64,000 bases of DNA from a bacterium (GTDB lineage: Bacteria; Patescibacteriota; Patescibacteriia; JACQRZ01). The stretch lies in contig JAUYIE010000018.1 in assembly GCA_030688365.1 (NCBI GenBank), positions 33,973-97,972 on the forward strand, in the 5' to 3' direction. The position numbers were made by a program, and so were the translations under genes. The notes beneath the pieces are model-generated. The model was not told the DNA's origin and searched no databases. It worked only from the letters and a program-made list of their open reading frames with translations. Positions 57,956 to 64,000 of the stretch are shown here, one piece after another. Within the stretch, counting starts at the first letter, position 1. Each line of letters begins with the position of its first letter.

Positions 57956-57993
57956 ACAAAAAAAGACCCTCGCCATAATGACGAGGGTCTTTT
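57956..57993 (-). terminator. strong Rho-independent (bidirectional-type) terminator after the 1361-aa surface protein gene
   Basis: 10-bp GC-rich stem AAGACCCTCG (57963-72) / CGAGGGTCTT (57982-91), loop CCATAATGA. An A7 run lies upstream on plus, giving U7 after the stem on the minus transcript. Confidence 0.7.
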
Positions 57994-58049
57994 GCGCGTA
58001 GTCATGATGTCTTTATCACATCATAAGCGCGAATACGTTATTTCGAGGA

Positions 58050-61000
58050 TTAGTAGCTAAGCGTACCACCAAGGACAGGCATGTTTCTGGTATTTGTAAT
58101 AACACCATAGTTTACCTGGTCGTCCCAGTTGATATCAGCAACACCGGCGATATCAGCACGAAGTGTTTCGTCTGATGTCGCACCTGTGGTGTCACCTTTG
58201 ACGACAAACTTCATGGTCGTACCAGCAGCGATGCTTTGGCCAATAGTACCAGTGTATGCGATTGCCGCACTGTTCTGGTTGTTGGTTATAGCATTAGCTG
58301 CGGTAGCGCTCAAGTAGTTGAAGCCAATCGTCGCGTTGTTACTCAACTGACAAGCAGTGGTCGTAAGTTGAGTTGCGTTGGCGATTGCAGTAACCACACA
58401 GCCGGAATCACGGGTGACAGCAGTACCAGTAGAGTCATATCCCATGACATCTACCGTATCGCCGATAGCAAATCCACTAGTGCTTGCGACAGTGACAGTT
58501 GTGACAGTGTCAGCCAAGTCCGCGGTAAGCAAGCTTTGCGCACCGAAATACAGTTTACCAACACCTGGTTGAGCTGGTGCGTAGGTGACACCGACATCTA
58601 TACCAGCATAGCCGGAAATCGTACCGACAACAGTGATAGTAATGACAGTCGCTGATACCGCGGTCACAATACCGCGCAACGTGGTTGTTACAGACGTATC
58701 ATTGACTAACACGGTCGCACCGACGGGAATACCATCCCAGTCACCGGAAGTACCGGTAACAGCGAGAGATTGACCGTCTACCGCCGCGGAAACACTCACG
58801 AGATCCTGTACAGACGTTTCTGTAGCAAGAGGATTGATAGTGTCAGTACTCTTATAGAGATTAGCATTTCCTGTACCTGTCGTGTCAACAGAACCGGAAA
58901 TAGTAAGAGCAGCGTTGTTTAAGATCGCAGCATATCCACTGTTTGCAACCGCATCAAACTCTAAGATACTTGCACCAGCTCCAGCAACAGCTGTACCTGA
59001 AGGTGACGAAGATGCCTTATCAACAACAACAAGAGTTCTGTAGATCACCTGTGCAGTACCGGTTGCAGAAGTCACAGTTTCATCAATACCTTGACCTGAC
59101 TGTGCGCCACGAGTCGTGACGTTTGCGTTAGACGCGATATTGAGAGTATGTGAGCCACCGGAAACAGCTGAACCAAAGGATCCGACAGAACCCTTAAGGG
59201 TCAAAACTTTTGTCGTATTCTTTGGAATCACCCAGTTTGATGCCAATGTAAACGTTGCCGTTCCATCGGATTGCGCACTCAATGACGCAACAGTGCCAAG
59301 CAATGTTGAACCATCATACAACTTCAAGTTGGAGAGAGAACCTCCATAAGATGTTGTATCAGTGATTACGATTGATGAAACATTAGCATCTTCTGGTGAA
59401 CCAGCGGTAAAGTCAAAGATAGCTAATGTTTGATCGGTGTTACCCATGACGAGTTGACCTGCAACAGGAGTGGAAGCATTGGCAGTAATAGTCAATGTTC
59501 CAGTAGAAGCGATCACCAATGTCTGCAATGAGACAGCGGTCAATGCGGTTGTCGCGTCAGTACTTGTATTTGATCCAGTCGCTGTAGCGCTGACAAACTC
59601 AAGTCCGACTTCAGCAGTCGCATATCCATCAGCACCAGTCAAAATGTCTGCGTATGCATCAATCACATATTGTCCGCCTGCAGGGATATTCACTGTAGGT
59701 GAGAGACTAAATGTGAAGTCAGCATCAGCAGCACTTGACAAAGTACCTTGGACAGGAGCGAGTGCCACACCCTCATGCATCAGTACAAGATTCTGAAAGT
59801 TGCCCCCAAAATTTGAAGTCGCATCAGCGTCTTCATCTCCGAGTACAACCTGTGTGAGATTGACTGATTCACCTGAACCGGCAGTAAGAACAAGAGAACC
59901 GACCTTAATATTCGTCGCACCAACCACACCAGTAGGAGTAATTAATGACGAGTCAGCTACTGAAGTATTCTTTGCTCTACTCAATGCACCTGTCTGTGCG
60001 GTCAATGTGAGACCCGTTGCAGCTGAAGTAGCGACATTGGTCAAAGATGTCTGACCCGTCGCGTCTGTTGAACCCGCAACAAGACTGACAGTGATAGTAT
60101 CGTTCGCTGCGAGAGCTGTTCCTGTATTGGTGGTTGTATCAGCACGATACTCAAATACACCGGTAGTACCAGCAGGGATAACAACAGTGTTACCCAACGA
60201 ATATACTTCAGTTGTTACATCTGCGACAACAGTATCAGTAGTACCTACCTGTGAACCGTTGTAGTACAACTTACCATTATCTAGTTCGTCTGTAGCATCA
60301 AGATCAATCACTGAATTCACACTCACCCTGACATACGTAACCTTGATGTCCTCACCATTTGCTTTGTAATCAAAGCGGGCGAGTGCTTGGTCCGTCATAC
60401 CAGCAGCAATGTTGCCTGAAGGTGCGTCGGCTGAACGTGAAACAGTTAATGTACCGTTATTGATGTTGGTACCATCACCTGATGGATCTGGATCAGCAAC
60501 AGTAAAGGCCGCTCCTGCCAATGCTGGGGTTGTATCTACACCGTAGTTGGTGTCAGTTGATACAAAGTCAGCAGTTGAACGAATGGTGAACTTGAATGCA
60601 CGACCAGTACCTTTTGAAACAATACCCATCAAAACAAATACTTTGTTTTGTCCGGATGCGATTTCATAAGGAGTAGCAGACAAATCAAACGTAACTTTAT
60701 TGTCTGAACCAATCTGTGCCGTTGATCCTACCTGTGCTCCACCGACAGTCAACATCAAGTCTTGGATAGCATCAGTGGAGATCGTTCCCACCATTGTGAG
60801 GACAATCTTCTTGATTTGCATCTTCTGACTGTTTGCGACAGTAGTGAATCTCCACAATTCTTGTGAGTTTGCGCTTGGATCAATCGTTGCGGGGAAGGTA
60901 GTTGGAGCGGGGGTAATGTTGATATACCCAAGATCAGTGATAGCAGCGATGCTAAAACTGTTACCAGACATAGGATAACTTCCTGCGACGGTACCACCTG

Positions 61001-62135
61001 GCATCATGGTGATGTCAGAAGCAGCATTTACAGAAAAGTTAATTGTCTTGGTTCCTGAAAGAGCGGCAGCAATGTTTACACCCACCCAGATGGTCTTTGA
61101 ACCACCTGCAGGGATAGAGAACAAACCAGCTGCATTGTTGAAGGTAAAGACCTTACTGGAAGATCCTGACACTTCTGCAAGTTTGGTTGAACCCTCATAG
61201 AGGTAAAGATTGTTCACATCTGCGTCAACAGACACGCCACCTCGGGTTAATTTCAAGGTATTGATTGTCTGTGCCGCTGAAGTGCCGTTTGCAAAATTGA
61301 GCTTCAAAATAGGAGCAGCGTTTTGCATTACCAATGCGTCATCAGACAAAAGTGTGCCTGATGCCGGTGTGTCAGATGCTACGGATACAGTCAATGCGCC
61401 GGTAACGGGGACAGGAGTCGTTCCATTGCTCATAAATGTTGCAATGGAGCTTTCCATACCAGTGATACTGGTACCTACTGCCAACGTGTTGAAAACTGTG
61501 TCAGAGACAGTCTGAATGAATTCAGAGCGGAAGTTATTTGCGGTGAACGCATTGAAGTCCGCGATTTTTCGCTTTGTTGTACCATCAGCATAATAAATAT
61601 CTGATGATGATGCTGTCTTGATGAGACTTCCTGCAGACGGGGTTGAAGTAATAATACTGTCACCCGACGTGTAGTTGGTGAAGAATGCATCGTTGACGTC
61701 ATCAATCTGTTGATTCCAATTTGATCCATAAAGATCCATGGCGATTTGCTCGTTGGATACCCAACGAAGCTTGCCGCCTGGTTCTACTGCGTATACTTTT
61801 GGATCAGTGGTAATTTTCACGAGACGGGTACCTGCTCGATATACGACGTTACCGCCGATCGAGAGTGCTTGCAATTCCGCATCAGTGATTGTTTTCACTT
61901 GTGAGAAATCAGCAAACCAGGTCTTAAATGTTTTTTCATTAGGAAAAACATAACGCTTACCATCAGAACCATAGTAGTATACGGCTGCGCCTGAGGCCTT
62001 GATGAGGTCACCTGCTGCCAATGTTGTAGCCGCACTTACGGGTACAATGGAAGCAAACCCCATAGACCACAACACAGTGGTTGCCATTACAGCTGTGGTA
62101 AGAGCTTGTTTACCTGCTTTTAATACTTTTGACAT
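58050..62135 (-). CDS. giant secreted surface protein (1361 aa): signal peptide, about 150-aa N-terminal globular domain, long Thr/Ser/Ala/Gly/Val-rich beta-rich region
   Basis: Start at ATG 62133-62135, preceded by GAAAGGAAAG 8 nt upstream; the track's 62171 start has no spacing to its SD. Signal peptide MSKVLKAGKQALTTAVMATTVLWSMGFASIVPVSA. Remainder is low-complexity but non-identical repeats, ending ...GGTLSY. Confidence 0.8.
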   Translation of the reverse strand: MSKVLKAGKQALTTAVMATTVLWSMGFASIVPVSAATTLAAGDLIKASGAAVYYYGSDGKRYVFPNEKTFKTWFADFSQVKTITDAELQALSIGGNVVYRAGTRLVKITTDPKVYAVEPGGKLRWVSNEQIAMDLYGSNWNQQIDDVNDAFFTNYTSGDSIITSTPSAGSLIKTASSSDIYYADGTTKRKIADFNAFTANNFRSEFIQTVSDTVFNTLAVGTSITGMESSIATFMSNGTTPVPVTGALTVSVASDTPASGTLLSDDALVMQNAAPILKLNFANGTSAAQTINTLKLTRGGVSVDADVNNLYLYEGSTKLAEVSGSSSKVFTFNNAAGLFSIPAGGSKTIWVGVNIAAALSGTKTINFSVNAASDITMMPGGTVAGSYPMSGNSFSIAAITDLGYINITPAPTTFPATIDPSANSQELWRFTTVANSQKMQIKKIVLTMVGTISTDAIQDLMLTVGGAQVGSTAQIGSDNKVTFDLSATPYEIASGQNKVFVLMGIVSKGTGRAFKFTIRSTADFVSTDTNYGVDTTPALAGAAFTVADPDPSGDGTNINNGTLTVSRSADAPSGNIAAGMTDQALARFDYKANGEDIKVTYVRVSVNSVIDLDATDELDNGKLYYNGSQVGTTDTVVADVTTEVYSLGNTVVIPAGTTGVFEYRADTTTNTGTALAANDTITVSLVAGSTDATGQTSLTNVATSAATGLTLTAQTGALSRAKNTSVADSSLITPTGVVGATNIKVGSLVLTAGSGESVNLTQVVLGDEDADATSNFGGNFQNLVLMHEGVALAPVQGTLSSAADADFTFSLSPTVNIPAGGQYVIDAYADILTGADGYATAEVGLEFVSATATGSNTSTDATTALTAVSLQTLVIASTGTLTITANASTPVAGQLVMGNTDQTLAIFDFTAGSPEDANVSSIVITDTTSYGGSLSNLKLYDGSTLLGTVASLSAQSDGTATFTLASNWVIPKNTTKVLTLKGSVGSFGSAVSGGSHTLNIASNANVTTRGAQSGQGIDETVTSATGTAQVIYRTLVVVDKASSSPSGTAVAGAGASILEFDAVANSGYAAILNNAALTISGSVDTTGTGNANLYKSTDTINPLATETSVQDLVSVSAAVDGQSLAVTGTSGDWDGIPVGATVLVNDTSVTTTLRGIVTAVSATVITITVVGTISGYAGIDVGVTYAPAQPGVGKLYFGAQSLLTADLADTVTTVTVASTSGFAIGDTVDVMGYDSTGTAVTRDSGCVVTAIANATQLTTTACQLSNNATIGFNYLSATAANAITNNQNSAAIAYTGTIGQSIAAGTTMKFVVKGDTTGATSDETLRADIAGVADINWDDQVNYGVITNTRNMPVLGGTLSY

Positions 62136-62300
62136 AAAGTCTTTCCTTTCGTAGTTATTATTAGTGACCATCTCCAGCGAACCTTTGCGATTCCTTTGAG
62201 GAAAAGCGGTCTCGACCTTTACTGAAGCGGACTAGATACGGCTTTTAAAAAAGTTGCCCTTTTTAAGTTTCGTGCCTAGATTTTAAACAAAGGGGAGTTT

Positions 62301-63482
62301 TTATTTTGGCTCTTCTGTTGAATTATTATTATTTTGGTTATTTTCATCAAGAATTTCTGTTTTTTGTTCTGTTTGGTTGTCTGACGTATTTTCCTCATCT
62401 ACGTGCGTATCATCTGATGTTTCTGGTGGATCCGTATCTGTTGAATCGTCTATCCTCACCAGCGCATCCGCGCTATCTTCTGCATCTATCACGAGTTGGT
62501 AGGATTCATCCAATTTCATTAACGCCATTTTTAAATCATTTTTTTCAAGGGATTTTTTTGCTGTTTCTAGTTTGTCTGTTGCTTCTTTGGAGTCCTGGGT
62601 CGCTTTGGCGACTTGTTTTACATCAGCTGTTTTTGTATCTATAGCGATTTTTACCGTTTCATTGAGAATAGCGACTTTTTCTTCCGCTTTTTTAATACGC
62701 TGTTCTATGTTGCTTTTGACATCCGCGGAAGGGGAATCAATCTTAGCAGTCTTTTCTATGGCAACCGCAAGCGCTTTACTGGTAGTACTATTTGCCTGCG
62801 CAATCGCTTCTTTGACTTTAGGAGCGGTGTTTTTCTTTACTTCCACTGACAGAGTGCTCTTTGTCTTGGTCAACGCTTCTTCCGCGCGTACCGCCTTTTG
62901 ACTGATGGTATTTGCCACCGTAGCAACGCGTATCGGCTCTTGCGTACTCTTGATATCTTCAAGATGCTGACCGGCGCTACTAAGAGTAAACGTTACATCA
63001 CTTACCAAAGCATCTACTTTAGATGCTTTTTCTTCATCACTAATCGGTTGTTTTGATATGGCATCCAGTTCTACAAGTCGCTGTTCTACCAACTTCATTT
63101 GGAGTTCCGCCTTTTGATCAGCGGGAGCTAATGCTACTTGGATGTTTTCACTCGTCTTTTTTACACTATATAATGCGTCACCGGGCAAACTGTCCCTACT
63201 TCCCATCGCCGCCACTGATCCACCAAATAACAATGCGAGAAGTGCAAATGCGATAGCTGAAGGATGAGCAAGTACTGAACCGAAGGTATATCGGTACGCT
63301 CCGCTTGCAATAGTTTTCATATATACCTGTACACCAGCAACAACGCCAGGCCGTGACGTCCCCATGCCTTGAGACGCCATCTGTGACAACAAAAGTTCTT
63401 TACAAGAAGATTGCCATTGCGTACGTGGCGTAATCCGTTGTAGTGTTTGGAGTTGTTTTACGATTTTTCCGTTCATAGTCAT
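62301..63482 (-). CDS. putative anti-sigma factor: short cytoplasmic N-terminus, one TM helix, extracytoplasmic K/E/A-rich coiled-coil domain and acidic tail
   Basis: Immediately downstream (63 nt) of an ECF sigma gene and co-oriented. TM segment AIAFALLALLFGGSVAA at about residue 70-90. Start at ATG 63480-63482 (the track start 63500 is a GTG). Assignment is by context and topology only. Confidence 0.5.
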   Translation of the reverse strand: MTMNGKIVKQLQTLQRITPRTQWQSSCKELLLSQMASQGMGTSRPGVVAGVQVYMKTIASGAYRYTFGSVLAHPSAIAFALLALLFGGSVAAMGSRDSLPGDALYSVKKTSENIQVALAPADQKAELQMKLVEQRLVELDAISKQPISDEEKASKVDALVSDVTFTLSSAGQHLEDIKSTQEPIRVATVANTISQKAVRAEEALTKTKSTLSVEVKKNTAPKVKEAIAQANSTTSKALAVAIEKTAKIDSPSADVKSNIEQRIKKAEEKVAILNETVKIAIDTKTADVKQVAKATQDSKEATDKLETAKKSLEKNDLKMALMKLDESYQLVIDAEDSADALVRIDDSTDTDPPETSDDTHVDEENTSDNQTEQKTEILDENNQNNNNSTEEPK

Positions 63483-63545
63483 TATAAAAAATACCCGCAC
63501 GTATCTATAGTCAACACCATATCGTTTGCTTGTGGGTATTTGTTT

Positions 63546-64000
63546 TTATTTTTGTTTGAGTTTTCCTTTGAGCGCTTTGATACCCCTATGGAGCATCACA
63601 CGTACGGCGCCAGGCGATCTATCTACTATTTTTGCTATTTCTTTGAGAGTGAGATCGTTGAGGTAAAAAAGCGTAATGATTTCGCGATACGTATCTTTGA
63701 GTTCGCGAAGCGCTTTCTCTACCACGACCATGTCTGTTTTTAATGTCATTTTTTCTTCAAGCGTGAGATCTACCCTATCGGCGACGACGATGTCATTATC
63801 TTCCAACGATTCGGCGACCACCGTACCTCTTTTTCGGTAAAAATCTACCACTACATTTCGTGCTATCTTATAGATTACTGCCTGCAGATTTCCGATCACT
63901 CGCGCGTCCTTGATGTACTGCCATGTTTTTAAAAATGTTTCAGCAGTAAGATCTTCCGCATCGTGCGCGGAGGGTACTTTGAGGTAAATGAAGCGATAGA
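63546..64000 (-). CDS. ECF-type sigma-70 family RNA polymerase sigma factor (partial; N-terminus beyond window end)
   Basis: Upstream of the track ORF, region 2 continues in frame (...FIYLKVPSAHDAEDLTAETFLKTWQYIKDARVIGNLQAVIYKIARNVVVDFYRKR). Region 4 HTH LTLKEIAKIVDRSPGAVRVMLHRGIKALK. The track ORF start at 63899 is an internal GTG. Confidence 0.75.
   Translation of the reverse strand, partial: YRFIYLKVPSAHDAEDLTAETFLKTWQYIKDARVIGNLQAVIYKIARNVVVDFYRKRGTVVAESLEDNDIVVADRVDLTLEEKMTLKTDMVVVEKALRELKDTYREIITLFYLNDLTLKEIAKIVDRSPGAVRVMLHRGIKALKGKLKQK

Noticed and set aside
57855-57959. Upstream 35-codon extension of the small membrane ORF (start at 57959).
   Set aside because: It would overlap the strong GC-rich terminator hairpin (57963-57991) of the giant-protein gene. 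The internal ATG at 57852-57854 (MKMKSLGSK) gives a clean signal-anchor protein.
1-64000. CRISPR arrays, rRNA or tRNA genes, IS elements, transposases or integrases.
   Set aside because: There are no direct-repeat/spacer arrays, no long non-coding GC-normal stretches with rRNA signatures and no DDE or tyrosine-recombinase-like ORFs. Intergenic gaps longer than 100 nt were inspected individually and contain only promoters, terminators or hairpins.

Overview
The window is AT-rich and compact, with about 95% of coding sequence on the minus strand. This profile suggests a Candidate Phyla Radiation (Patescibacteria)-like bacterium that uses the standard genetic code: TGA serves as the stop codon of adk (at the ATGA overlap with map), and an intact RF2 gene (prfB) is present.

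From position 1 to about 31.4 kb the window holds housekeeping genes, all on the minus strand except one ORF (7131..7541):
- gatA (partial) and gatC, followed by ligA.
- Three tandem type-IV-pilin-like genes.
- scpA, aspS, a 720-aa K/E-rich coiled-coil protein, upp, recO and ruvX.
- A fused ribosomal-protein super-operon driven by a near-consensus sigma70 promoter: rpsL-rpsG-fusA-[orphan Phd/YefM-like ORF]-tuf-rpsJ-rplC...rpsE-rplO-secY-adk-map. It has no L30 (rpmD) gene between rpsE and rplO, which is a described hallmark of Candidate Phyla Radiation genomes. It also carries extended L22, L3 and S10.

A short plus-strand islet at 32.2..33.5 kb holds rpmB (L28), a small acidic ORF and a DEDDh 3'-5' exonuclease.

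From 33.5 kb to the end, all on the minus strand, is a cell-envelope and surface block:
- A 2353-aa S-layer-like giant protein with Big_5-like, CarbopepD_reg-like and FN3 domains.
- ndk.
- A split ComEC with a PBP5-like D-Ala-D-Ala carboxypeptidase gene between its two parts.
- Two NAD-dependent sugar epimerase/dehydratases, prfB and HtrA.
- An S8 subtilase fused to an FG-GAP propeller domain.
- A TPR protein.
- A 375-aa secreted protein.
- An 868-aa Gly/Ala-rich repeat protein that is GC-rich at the nucleotide level.
- A DUF192 protein.
- A second, 1361-aa giant surface protein lying immediately downstream of an ECF sigma / anti-sigma pair.

The most notable observation is a paralogous ~200-aa C-terminal domain. 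It sits behind a Thr/Asp-rich linker in both the 2353-aa giant protein and the 375-aa secreted protein, and is a candidate novel surface-anchoring module.

No rRNA, tRNA, CRISPR array, transposase or reverse transcriptase was recognised. All calls come from reading the sequence and the ORF track; no searches were run.
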